Shown here: positions 1-11,982 of the stretch, in pieces
Position numbering within the stretch: the stretch's first letter is position 1
Layout: each line of letters starts with the position of its first letter
NCBI GenBank assembly: GCA_951406725.2
Contig: OX597814.1
Span: 180,420,001 to 180,484,000, forward strand
Source: Octopus vulgaris
Taxonomy: Eukaryota
DNA: 64,000 nt
Reading direction: 5' to 3'
Made by a program: the position numbers and the translations under genes
Notes under the pieces: model-generated
Databases searched by the model: none
What the model was told of the DNA's origin: nothing
What the model saw: only the letters and a program-made list of their open reading frames with translations

Positions 1-740
1 AGAGAGTAATTAGGAAAGCAGTATCATCAAAGCCACCATGTATTAAATGACTTGAAAATCGAGAAAGCTTATTTATCGAGAACCATATATGAAAGTAACT
101 GGAACGTTCACTAGAAGCATTGCTGTGAAAGTCGCAATGTAGAGAGGTTATAGAATTTCCAACAAAACTAGTAACAGAGAAATAATGGTGGATATATATG
201 GAAAAAAAAGCTGTTATACACCAGCGAAAATGCAGTGAAGTGTTATATAGGAAAGCAAGACTGGTTGAATGACTGGCTGAAGATGCCGACAACGTAGGCA
301 GTCGTCCATGATGCCACATGCTAAGTTAGGTCAAGTGCTAATGGGCGAGACACGTGCTAGGGCGTCACATTGTATGCTTCTGATTTTCCATTAGAAAGAT
401 TACTTTGATTCTTCGGTAATTTGTAAATAGAGAATGATATTGTTAAAAAGAGAGAGAATATGCTATAAAACTATTTGCAGACCTAAAGTCGAGAAAAGTA
501 GTGTTTTACTTCGTTTAATGTATACTTTTGCAGTATCTGTTCTTTTCTTTATATTCTTTAATGAATCAACAGAAAGTTCGTTATATCTAAAGATTAATGG
601 CACCCCTTCGGATTTTCTTTCATTTACCCATCCTCCAATCACAAATTTGATTTTTGCTCTTTTTTTGTTTGACAAAAATGCATCAAGATCATTAACTGTA
701 ATGTCGATATGCATCTCTTTCTCTCCCTCCCCATCTCTCC

Positions 741-789
<49 letters not shown>

Positions 790-795
<6 letters not shown>

Positions 796-985
796 ATCCA
801 AACATGAAGACACAAAGAGAAAACAACAACGCGAGGACGTGGAACAAGTATTGTATTATTGGACGCTCAGGAAAGGAAAGAAAGGAGGAGGGTTTAACGT
901 TTCGAGCGGAGCTCCTCGTCAGAAACATAGGAAAAGGAAAAATCCAAAGAAGGGAACGGTACACACGCGGTCACATTTTGTATGT
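790..985 (-). mobile_element. Short non-coding PLE pLTR-like element carrying a hammerhead ribozyme, in (TA)n
   Basis: Flanked by (TA)n on both sides; contains HHR 892-926; shares the TTCC(T/C)GAGCG motif and pyrimidine-rich tail with copies at 32054, 48878, 57311 and 59312. Confidence 0.7.
892..926 (-). ncRNA. Minimal type I hammerhead ribozyme
   Basis: Minus strand GTTT-CTGACGA-G-GAGC-TCC-GCTC-GAAAC-GTT-AAAC: canonical core, stem I GTTT/AAAC, stem II GAGC/GCTC. Confidence 0.8.
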
Positions 986-1036
986 ATATATATATATATA
1001 TATATATATTTGTACATAAGCATATTTATGTATATG

Positions 1037-1480
1037 CTAGTGGGACCCGTGGAAATTCCGCAGAACGAAAAAGATTAAGAGAAACTATTTAAGACAGACA
1101 GGATTATTTGCATTTATATTTTTATCTTGCTCAGTTATTTCACTTCTATCACAATTATATATAATTTGCTTTTAAAATTTCCCTCTATATTCCCTCTATA
1201 TTTCTTGCTCTCTACCTCTTTAACAAATATTTTAACCATGTATTTCCCCATTTCATATCTTTAATATTTCTCTTCCTCTCTCATTTCCACTAACCAAACG
1301 AGTGACAGCATAATGCATTGGCTGGCTATCTGCTCTCTCACTCACTTTCACATTCCCACTTCTTCTCTCTCTCTCACCCCACCTCATCCTCTCTAACAAA
1401 CTAAAGCGTAAAGTGTGAACAAACAGGTAGAAAAAATATATTATACATTTAGTTCAATAAAAGACTTTTCACTATCAACA
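1037..1480 (-). mobile_element. Non-autonomous Helitron fragment (3' end)
   Basis: CTAG at 1037 next to hairpin CCGTGGAA-A-TTCCGCAG; same end and internal segments as the copy at 26149-26997. Confidence 0.55.
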
Positions 1481-1589
1481 CACCACCACCACCACCACCA
1501 CCACTACTACCATCATCATCATTATAGTTTTCAGTAACAAAGCTCATTTCATTTCAGTTCAGCTGTTTGTTTATATCTTTTTGTTCCTG

Positions 1590-2117
1590 TCGATGTATGT
1601 CAACTCAGGAAGGAAAGAAAAGATTTGGACTTGAAACAACAAGGAATGGAGAATCATCGGCAAAGGGTGCGCCATCGAAGAGAGAAAGATGGATCGCAAA
1701 GATACGAGAAGAGAAGAAAAAAACTCAGAACGACAAGGAAGGATGCAAAGGGGGAAGAAAGAGAAGGGTTAAAACAGCTATATGAAGAAATAAAAAGGGT
1801 ATCGAGAACAACTAAGAAAAGAAAGGAGGAAGAACGGAAGAAAGGAGGGAGAAAAGAACTATCGTAGTTTTGTAAGCAACCCATACCAATTTGCGAAACG
1901 TTTGTTTACTGAAGGTAAAAGCGGAAGATTGGATTGCACTGAAGAAGAGCTCGAACACCATCTTAAAAGGACATACAGCGACGCTGATAGAAATAAAGTA
2001 CTCCCAGAAATGCACGGGCTGAAGAAACCACCTGAACTAAGCGTACCGTTCGATTTGAGTGACATCTAACGGAAAGAAATGGATGAGTTCATTAGAAAAG
2101 CAAGAGCAAAAAGTTCA
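1590..2117 (+). mobile_element. Decayed Hero-like (RLE clade) non-LTR retrotransposon ORF fragment, region upstream of RT
   Basis: Translates with frameshifts and stops to ...EEREGLKQLYEE...SFVSNPYQFAKRLFTEGKSGRLDCTEEELEHHLKRTYSD...KPPELSVPFDLSDI*RKEMDEFIRKARAKSS, matching the Hero pre-RT region. Confidence 0.65.
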
Positions 2118-2480
2118 CATATCGACCGAGAAAGCTATATATGCATTGTAAAAACTGAGAAATGAAGAGCCAAAACTATAATGTATTCAGAAATATCTTC
2201 TGAATACATAAGGCTGTTTGAATGGTTCTTTGCAGTATCCTAGAGCAATCAGGAATAGTATTAGGTTGTTTGCAGAAAGCAAGTCCACGTTCATTCTGAC
2301 AAGAATGATATAAATTAAAATCGGATTCCCTGACTTGAGCCAATGCGAAAGCCTCTACATGGTCGATTGATTTTCTGGAAATAGCGGTGAAATCTTCATC
2401 AAATGACACTTCACGAGCTTTATATATATAAATATATACACACACACGAGGGGTGTATGAAGCGTTTTGAGCCTCAAAAG

Positions 2481-2543
<63 letters not shown>

Positions 2544-3606
2544 CATTGTGGATAATACAGCTTGTGTATACCTAGTTGCAAAAACTCTGAAATGTGTTTG
2601 ATCATAGATCAAATTAGACTGGAGTGTGTAATAACCAAAGGACACCCTGTCTGTCGGCAACACAAAATAATAACATTCATGAGGCAAAGAGAGAACCTCT
2701 GCAAGAAATAACCACCAAATCCCCCTTAAATCACATCCTACTGTCTTAAAAACATGAAGACCACATTGAACAATGTAGTTCTAGATATATTGTATCTAAA
2801 AAAAAAAAAAGATGGGCAGACCACAACTGAAGCGCCTTTAAACGTAAATCTTCTCGACCACGTGCAGTTAATCGACAATGAGACTAATATCCTTTCTCCC
2901 ACTGGCAATGTATTATCACCTGCAATAATACAAGTCTTGTCATAGTGTCAAAAAAGGATATCATAGAAATAATACTGAATGCACTGCTCCAGCATTTGAT
3001 AACGAAAAGAAACTAAAGAGCAAACTCCCTGTTGAAATCTTATCAAAAAAGTAAGAGAAAAACAGCAAAAGTAGAACTAAGCATAGCATATGTTAACCAT
3101 AGGAAAGGTGTTTGATTGCGCCACACTCTCCCAGAGAGTTGAAACATTCTAAATAACTAGAGTTGACCCCCTACCTATGAAGTAGTTGTGTCGACGATGC
3201 CATAGAATATTTGGTAACAAACGTGACACTTTAGAGACTCTGCGCCAAATAGCTGAAGTTATTCGCATAGACTTGTGAATTAAAACATTTGTCATATTCA
3301 ACCGAGAAAGTGAAAATTAACAAAAACAAACAACAGAAACCAAAGAGATTGAATAGGAACACTTATAAAGAAACACTTCTGAAAGACTGAATTAAGCATT
3401 ACATCCCATTGACAAATTAAGGAAACTTTTATAAACAATAATAAAGACAAATATTAGATTTCTATTAGACTGCGACTTAATTCAAACATATGAAATAATA
3501 AGTGTAGACACATTAGTTAGCCAAATAATTAGCTCCAGTTCCGATATAATAAATTGGAAATTTAATGAACTAAGAACCATAGACAATAAATAATAATACT
3601 TGACAA

Positions 3607-3803
3607 AGGTGGTGGACCAAGAAGATTGTTAGCACAACGGGCGAAGTGCTTAGCAGTATTTCGTTCGTTCTGAATTCAAATTCCGCCGGGGAATTTTCAT
3701 CCTTTCGAGGGTGATGAAATATGTACTAGCTAAACATTGGAGTCGATGTAATCGACTTTCCCCCCTCCTTTGAAATTGCTGGCTTTGTGCCAAAATTTGA
3801 AAC
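3607..3803 (+). mobile_element. tRNA-derived SINE family A, decayed copy
   Basis: Similar to 5561-5963 (GTTAGCAC..GGGCGAA.TGCTTAGC, TTCAAATTCCGCC, TTTCATCCTTTCG). Confidence 0.7.
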
Positions 3804-3951
3804 TTATATCATTTATGACAGTATTAAGTACTAGATTCACTCTGAATCTAGTAGAAACAACCAGTTACCACACAAGTACGAAGTGAGCTTATACACACAG
3901 AGCATTATTTAAAGCTTACGAATGGCAGGAGTAAGAATGCATAACGTTTTA

Positions 3952-4394
3952 TCTCGTATGTAAAATCCGTTCTGTTTGTCTGTGTGTGTGTCTTCTGGGA
4001 TCTCGGGCATCCTCCATTCGATTTCACTCAAATTTGATATGTAGATACCGGCGGTATAAGGGCGTGCATAAGTCTTGAAAAAATTTTTAAAATCGATTCC
4101 AGGTGAGAATGCGATATATAAAGTCGTGGGAACGTGCATTTGTACGCGCAAGTACATCAGCTGTTGCGATCAATACTACGCGTACGCGAGAGAAATGCAC
4201 GTGCAGTTTGCGCAAAAAAGCCGGCTGGCTTGAAATAATGCCACAAAATTCAATATATAGTCCTTTGCATATTTGTGTGAATAAAATTCTCAAAGGGGAG
4301 GCCTATGGGACGGTCGGACAAGTTGTTTTGAGAAAATTTGGTTTAAATGTTTGACAACTCAGCACCATCCATTGGACGGGGAGCGTTTTGCTCG
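3952..4394 (+). mobile_element. Non-autonomous Helitron
   Basis: A|TC 5' start, (TG)n near 5' end, subterminal hairpin CATCCATTGGACG, CTCG|T end; second copy at about 59680-60040. Confidence 0.6.
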
Positions 4395-4705
4395 TAAATT
4401 GATAAGATAATAAAAACAAAATAAAATAACAGTTTTCCATAAGAAACAATTGTATATTGCACAGGGGTTAGAAATATAGAAGGAATTGAAGATAAGAACA
4501 ATTTAACAGAAGAAGTAAAAGAAACAAAATGAATATAAAGCAGAAAGATTTGCAAATATCATCAGTAAATTGTGATAAATTAAATATCTAACTGAAGTAT
4601 ACAGATGGATTGAATAGATGGGAAAGGAACCTAAAAGGCAGCTTGCTATCGCTAATCTATCTTGTACAGAAGACTATATAATCGTTGCACAAAAACAGAG
4701 CTTAT

Positions 4706-4962
4706 AATAATAAACGCGCCCTTTTAAAGCCTAGCCAGGCTCATGGGCCCGGTTTCCCGGTTTCTATGGCGTATGTGTTCCCCAGCTGGACGGAACGCCA
4801 ATCCATCGCAGCCTTACTCATTTTTGCCAGCTGAGTGGACTGGAGCAACGTGAAATGAAGTGTTTTGCTCAAGAACACAACGCGTCGCCCGGTCCAGGAA
4901 TCGAAACCACAATCTTACGATCATGTTGCTGACACCCTAACCACTTAGCCACGCGCCTCCAC
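4706..4962 (-). mobile_element. tRNA-derived SINE family C (CORE-like)
   Basis: Minus strand GGAGGCGCGTGGCTAAGTGGTTAGG (A box), GGTTTCGATTCC (B box), GTGTTCTTGAGCAAAACACTT core-like segment, (TTA)n tail. Confidence 0.75.
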
Positions 4963-5560
4963 AAGAACAGAGCTGAACTACAGGAAGCTACCTAAAAATA
5001 TATCAAATAGTTTTAAATAGTAAATGCAGATTTTGAAATGAACACATGGAACAACGAAGCATGTTAACTCCTTTTGGCCGAGTTAGAGTATGCACAAAGG
5101 TGTAGACACAGCCACTGGGAAATATTAAATATGCTAAATGAAACACCTAAATCAAGACAGCAACCAAACACTATAAACATTAAATATATTATTACTGTAT
5201 ACGCCCGAGATACAATAACAGCGCGGAATACAAGCTGATACCGAATCCAGAGCAAACAAAAGAGACTGATTTTAAAGACATTTCACGGGAAAAGGATGAA
5301 TTTTTATTTATAACACATTCTGTTCAGACGAGAACATGGAGCTGGAAAAGGACGAACAATCAGTTTAGGATTTCCAGTCCCCACAGCAAGTTCACTTTTC
5401 CTCGATCAGATTTCATTAAATAATACAAGTCTTGCCAATGCAGCCTTTTTGAATTCACTTTCACCGCATATATATAGTGTATTCCAATTTACTTTCGTTT
5501 AATTCTTTAATCTTTCATCATACTTTAATATTTTTTCTTTACACAACATTCATAAGCTAT

Positions 5561-5963
5561 AAGGGGAAGAGCTGGCAGAAACGTTAGTACGCCGGGCGAA
5601 ATGCTTAGCGGTATTTCGTCTGCCACTACGTTCTGAGTTCAAATTCCGCCGCGGTCGACTTTGCCTTTCATCCTTTCGGGGTCAATAAATTAAGTACCAG
5701 TTACGCACTGGGGTCGATGTAATCGACTTAATACCTATGTCTGTCCTTGTTTGTCTTCTCTGTGTTTAGCCCCCTGTGGGTAATAAAGAAATAGGTATTT
5801 CGTCTGCCGCTACGTTCTGAGTTCAAATTCCGCCGCGGTCGACTTTGCCTTTCATCCTTTCGGGGTTGATAAATTAAGTACCAGTTGCGTACTGGAGTCG
5901 ATCTAGTTGACTAGCCTCTTCCCCCAAAATTTCGGGCCTTGTGCCTAGAGTAGAAAAGAATAT
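5561..5963 (+). mobile_element. tRNA-derived SINE family A with duplicated body
   Basis: A-box-like GAGCTGGCAGAAACG, B box GAGTTCAAATTCC, two copies of GGTCGACTTTGCCTTTCATCCTTTCGGGGT..ATAAATTAAGTACCAG; more than 10 copies in window. Confidence 0.85.
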
Positions 5964-6623
5964 TTAGTTTGGACTAATTTATTTCTTTTGAAAGAAAGAA
6001 ATTTCACATTTTTAATTTTAACATAATCTATAAAATGTATATCGCTAGCATGCGATCAGAGTCGGAACCCGACTGATGTTTTGATTATTACTCGTTTCGA
6101 TTAATCAAATCAGCGCACCTAAGGAATCTTTTGTTATCTCAGTGAATAACAACGAACCCTACCAATTTATCTAGTAAATTAAGTGACATATTTCTTCTTC
6201 TTTTTGCCTAGGGAAACGGATGTACTTTGTTTTCTATTTTCCAAATTTTCGCACGTTTCTGTCGAACGGATCCAATCAATATGAACGAGATGAAAGGGTT
6301 TTGCCACTGAAACAGTCCAAGCATTAGTTTATCAAGCATTAGTCTTCATAAGAATTGCATGCATTTCTTTGGACAATTTATATCTCTGTTCTTACCAAAG
6401 GCTTTTAATTCATACGACTGTATATATCGTATGCTAAAATTTAAGGTAGGATAAAATCTTTATAAAAATTTATCAAGTAGTCAGCGTGAAAAACCTCATA
6501 AGGGAAAAATTATAATTATTCCCTTTAAATATATTTAGTTATATTAAGGACATTAATACACATAAATCCCTCAGGCTATGAGGGACTCTTGAATTCAAAA
6601 CTACCATAATAAACACAGTGTAT

Positions 6624-6686
6624 GCCTGCACTGACGATTAAAAAGTGCATTTTGTGCACTAATTATGAAATCATATGATATGCGGC
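6624..6686 (+). ncRNA. Type I hammerhead ribozyme within a fold-back element
   Basis: GCCTGCA-CTGACGA-(AGTGCA/TGCACT stem II)-GAAA-TCATATGA-TA-TGCGGC: palindromic stem III, AUA cleavage triplet. Confidence 0.65.
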
Positions 6687-7045
6687 TAAATCTGTTTTTA
6701 AGGAGCTCGCTTCTAGAATTGCATTCCCTCGCGTTCGGTACACTGTATTTACACTCATAGCGTGAGGCATTTATGTGTATTAATGCCCTTGATATAAATA
6801 AATATATCGTAGACTATTTAGGTAAGGTTTTTATATTCTTTTCTTCATTATTGTTAATAAAGTTGTTATAATGTATATTGACTCTTTTACCCATTTACTT
6901 TGGCTGCCATTATAAATAGGTTTTTAAGGAATAATTTTCACTTTCCGATCCGCGAGGTCTAGTTTATGCATCACTCTTACCTCGAGGCTTAAATTATGTT
7001 CCAGCCTTGCTCGCAAAATCAAATGTATTTGACCTTGCTGTAGAC

Positions 7046-7195
7046 CAGTGGTTCCCAACCTTTTCATTATCAAGTACCCCTTTTATTTAAATGAGCTTTC
7101 CCACGGATCCCAGAATATTGAAAGATCTGTCAGCTTAACATGTTCACGCACCCCACCCCCCCAGGAGTCTGCGGGCTACAGATTGAGAACCACTG
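7046..7195. mobile_element. hAT (Charlie-like) MITE
   Basis: TIRs CAGTGGTTCCCAACCT / AGATTGAGAACCACTG; perfect 8-bp TSD CTGTAGAC at 7038-7045 and 7196-7203. Confidence 0.9.
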
Positions 7196-7548
7196 CTGTA
7201 GACAGTCAAAACTTTAGACATTATATTACATTTCTTTCAAACAGGCTTGTCCCATTCCATATCTCTCTCTCCCCCTCTCTGTCTTACATTTTCTCTCTCC
7301 TCCTTTCCCTCTTTTTCTCCCACTCTCTATCTCTATCTTCCAATTGCTGTATGTATGAAGGTAGGTAGGTGTGTGTGTGTATGTTAATGGTAACGAACAG
7401 AAGAAAAATTACGCAATGTCTTACACAATACCGGAAGTAGAGTAAAAATAATTTCAACCGATTATCAGGCGCCAAACTGCTGGTTCAATTTCGTCTATGC
7501 TAATGATATGTGTGTATGCGTGCGTGCCTGTGAGTAAATTCATTTGTA

Positions 7549-8041
<493 letters not shown>

Positions 8042-8324
8042 CGTCGTCATCAACCTTCATCCATTTTGAGAGGGGATGGAAGTTTTTCGTTTCCCCTTCC
8101 TCTCCGTTCTCCCACACCTCTCTTCTTCCGCCCTTAATACGATGGCTCTTCCAAGTAGGGTTATTCAAGTGTGGAAATCTTTGTTGCAATTATAACAGAT
8201 GATTACAGATAGTGGTGTAAAGTTGATGCATCCTTCCTTTGTCTTTATAGTGTCCGTTGTCGTTTTCGATCGCCTCATCGTTTTTATTTGTTTTTTTTTT
8301 TCAATACACCATCTCTTTATAATG

Positions 8325-8526
8325 CTTTAAATTTTGACACGAAGGCAGCAATTTTAGGTGGAGGGTGCTAGTCAATTCCATTGATAAGTGCTGAACTCGT
8401 TCTTATCTTATCAACCGCGAAAGAATAAAATGTTAAGTCGACCTCGGCGGTATGTGAACTTTTAAAGTGAGGAGCCGGAAGAAATACCTAAGGTCATTTT
8501 TGTCTAACCTTTAATGATTCTGCCAT
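8325..8526 (-). mobile_element. SINE family A, decayed copy
   Basis: GTCGACCTCGGCGG...GATTCTGCCA in reverse orientation. Confidence 0.55.
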
Positions 8527-9427
8527 ATAAAAAAACAGTAGGATCTTTTCACGATTCTGTTTCAATATTGACTGAATGGAGGTCTTTTTAGTACGTGCAC
8601 ACGAATACAAACACACACGCACACACAAGAAATTCGCAAGTAAATGTAATTATGGAGTCCTACTTAATGAAAGGCAAAGTTTACGTCTATATGAAGTAAA
8701 CTGAGGGTACCGAATCACGGAAATGGATTAAAACATCAAGTGTTGATGATCTCGATTCTATTCGTCTGTAGTAATTGTAATAGTTTCTAACATAACGTTG
8801 AAGCCTTCAAGGTTTATGTAGTGGGATTATGAAGGCGTAACACCAATGGCTTAGATTAGAACTATAGATTGGTAGGATCATTAGATCGTCAGACTAAATG
8901 CACTGTGTATTTCTTCTAGCCCTTTACTTCCTGAGTTTAATCTCGCTGAGTTCTCCGCAGCCGATAAAGTATCAGTCATGAACTGGCGTCGATAGTATCC
9001 TCTGACTTTTCCCCCTTAAAATAACTGGTCTTGTGCCTACATCAGAAGTAATTAGTGATATAGGTGAAGTAAAACATATACAGCGAAAGAATGAAAGCGA
9101 AGCTCTTATTCTAGACGTTGGTCTTTCTAACCGATCGCAGGTTCGTATAATTTCAGAACTAAAAAAAGAGTAGTTATCTCAAACGAGAATGGAAACCGCT
9201 TTGTGGATTTGAAGTATGTCAGATTTATATTTGTAGAGCAGAACTCTGTGCTACGTTCTTGATTTTAGAGCTATCGTTTGACGTATTATCTTCCTGCCCA
9301 TGAATCTATAACCTAAATCTAATGCTACAGTCCTTATACAAACACAAAAGTAGGAAAACCTGAAAACAGAATGACAATATTTTTTGTTTTTGTTTTCGTT
9401 TTTTGTTTTCGGTTGCTATTTTCTCTT

Positions 9428-9566
9428 CAGGCATGGTTGTATAGTTTAAAAGTTCACTTCACAACCATGTAATTTCAAGTTCAGTTCCACTGAGTGACAC
9501 TTTGGATACGTGTCTTTTACTATAGGCACTTGTGGGTGAGTTTGGTGGGCAGAAATTGTACAGAAA

Positions 9567-9572
<6 letters not shown>
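9428..9572 (+). mobile_element. SINE family B 5' half, decayed
   Basis: CAACCATG...GTTCAGTTCCACTG...ACTATAG...GGGTGAGTTTGGT, ending at the internal (TA)n. Confidence 0.55.
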
Positions 9573-9627
<55 letters not shown>

Positions 9628-9716
9628 TTAGAGACAAAACCACTATTTTGCAAATAAGAAAGACTTAATCCAATACATAAAAAAATTTTAATATAAATAA
9701 AATAAAATTATATTCG

Positions 9717-9762
9717 CCACTACAATTGTTTCATGTCTCTTCTCAGGACATTCATCAGGTGG
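9717..9762 (-). ncRNA. Hammerhead ribozyme (left-arm mirror copy)
   Basis: Exact reverse complement of 9816-9861. Confidence 0.85.
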
Positions 9763-9815
9763 ATTTCAGATCTTCTATTCTATTTTAAGTTAAAATAGAA
9801 TAGAAGATCTGAAAT

Positions 9816-9861
9816 CCACCTGATGAATGTCCTGAGAAGAGACATGAAACAATTGTAGTGG
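9816..9861 (+). ncRNA. Type I hammerhead ribozyme
   Basis: CCAC-CTGATGA-ATGTC-CTGAGAAGA-GACAT-GAAA-CAATTG-TA-GTGG: stem I CCAC/GTGG, stem II ATGTC/GACAT, palindromic stem III CAATTG, GUA cleavage after 9857. Confidence 0.88.
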
Positions 9862-10174
9862 CGAATATAATTTTATTTAATTTATATTAAAATTTTTATG
9901 TATTGGATTAAGTCTTTCTTATTTGCAAAATAGTGGTTTTGTCTCTAATTAATATTATATATATATATATACTTCTGTCTGAGTCAGATCCAGAATTTCT
10001 CAGGTCTACTGGGCATATGTTTTTCACACTAAAGCCCTGGGTTGAATTCTGCAAAAAAGTGTACTATGCAATAAGTAAAAGTCTTAAAAATAGTCACTTG
10101 TCAATTTATTCCACTGTAAGCCTTCAAGTAACCACAGTCCATTGGTTGAAGCAAGAAAATTTTTTTAAGAATAC

Positions 10175-10390
10175 ATGGTGTATGCCGGTGTATAAGACGT
10201 AGTTTACTTTTATTTGTGAATGTAACAAAACATTCCTGTGCATCTAATGCGGCCGTATTGCCGAGTATATGGGTAGATGATGAAACATATTAAATCTGTT
10301 TTTCCAACAAAATACCCTTGGAAAGTAGTGCAGCGTTTTGTTTTTGTTTTTTTTTACGCGAGGGTGTCTTATACACCGGCATATATGGTA
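10175..10390. mobile_element. Tc1/mariner-superfamily (Tc2/pogo-like) MITE
   Basis: 18-bp perfect inverted repeat TATGCCGGTGTATAAGAC (10181-10198 / 10366-10383), right end ...ATATGG|TA. Confidence 0.7.
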
Positions 10391-10637
10391 ACATGTAATT
10401 AAAGAAAACACACACCTATCACATGACTGGATGTAAAAAAAATTTGCCTACTTATGATATTTTGGTTATTTCCCTTAGTTGTTGCTAAAAGATTATTTGC
10501 CAACTGAAATAGTTATGCAATTCGGTCTTTCATTATATAACGACAGTTTATGTGTATGTTTGTGTGTGTGTGTATGTGAGTCAGCGTGAGTACGTGTGTG
10601 CTTTCTCTGTGTGCGCACGCGTGTATGTGCATGTGGG

Positions 10638-10717
<80 letters not shown>

Positions 10718-11597
10718 CAAGGTGCATATGTCCTAACCTCATTTTCTTAACAGAGCAGAGTAGATGTCATTCAGGATTATTCTTGTATAGTAATCCGTTC
10801 GCTACCTGTTTGTTACTAATCACCACTCATTTGCTTCAAATGTCAAGGATACAACGACTTGTGAAACGTAAATATTTGTATTGCAACGGCATCGAAACTG
10901 GACGACGAAAAGAATATTTCTCTTCTTATGCAATATAACCGGGGTGGAGGAAGATAATTAATTTTGATTTCTACACACATGTATGCATACACATGCATAT
11001 ATACATGATATACAGATGAGCATACAAGCATATGCATAGACATGCAGTACGCATAGATACGCATACACAGACAAACAGACAAACATATACATACACACAT
11101 TCATATTTCCACTATCGCTCCACATTATATACGCACACATATAATACACAAATATATGTGTGTCACAGTGTGCGCGCACGTGTGTTTGCGTGCGTGTGTG
11201 TGTGCGTGTGCGTGCGTGCGTGTGTGTATGTGTGTGTGTGTGTGCGTGCGTGAGTATTTCAGCTTTCCGCCGATTAAATTCATCACAAACGGTATCGATC
11301 AGTTGGAGGGTATGGTAGAAGACAGTTTTACAATTGTGATACAACTCGTAATCCTATGCTTGCGAAACCAACTTCATAACCACACAGCCATGTTTGTACT
11401 GTGGTGGAGAGTTTTTTGGTGGGGAAGGTTGTTGTTACCATAGATGTAGTTATATTTTTATGCTTTTCTTAATGGAGAGCTGCTCTTAAATGTTTTTCAA
11501 TTGAGAAAGGAACGATTGAAGTTTCCTTGCCTCTGGGATCAACCTGAAAGTAAATACACATTGAACACAATTGACGACAGAATTTGAAATGTCCTAA

Positions 11598-11982
11598 TAC
11601 TCTCTTTACTCTTGTACTCTTTTACTTGTTTCAGTCATTTCACTGTGGCCACGCTGGAGCACCGCCTTTAGTCGTGCAAATCGACCCCAGGACTTATTCT
11701 TTGTAAGCCTAGTACTTATTCTGTTGGTCGCTTTTGCCGAACCGATAAGTTACGGGGACGTAAACACACCAGCATCGGTTGTCAGGCGATGATGGAGGGA
11801 CAAACACAGACACACAAACACACACACACACACATACATATATAAATATAGATATATACGACGGGCTTCTTTCAGTTTCTGCTATAGCAGAAAACACTTG
11901 TCCAAGGTGCCACGCAGTTGGACTGAACCCGGAACCATGTGGTTGGTAAGCAAGCTACTTACCACACAGCCACTCCTACGTC
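11598..11982 (-). mobile_element. SINE family B
   Basis: Full head (GGAGTGGCTGTGTGGTAAG, GGTTCAGTCC), internal microsatellite, tail with tandem AAAGAGTA. Confidence 0.85.

Larger units (their letters stand above)
9621..9955. repeat. Near-perfect 335-bp palindrome (fold-back of a PLE pLTR-like sequence) in (TA)n
   Basis: Arms 9621-9788 and 9790-9955 with a 1-nt spacer (G9789); by eye one substitution and a 2-nt poly-A indel. Confidence 0.95.

Noticed and set aside
692-1078. ORFs with [12 protein letters not shown] runs here and throughout the window
   Set aside because: Read-through of (TA)n, (TG)n and similar microsatellites; no domain content
3050-3200. Possible RT relic (LSIAYVNHRK..FD..H)
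   Set aside because: Resembles an R4-type RT motif but is too short and decayed to call
11260-11560. Possible hAT transposase relic on the minus strand (VFYHTLQLIDTVCDEFNRR)
   Set aside because: Only vague motif similarity; needs an HMM search
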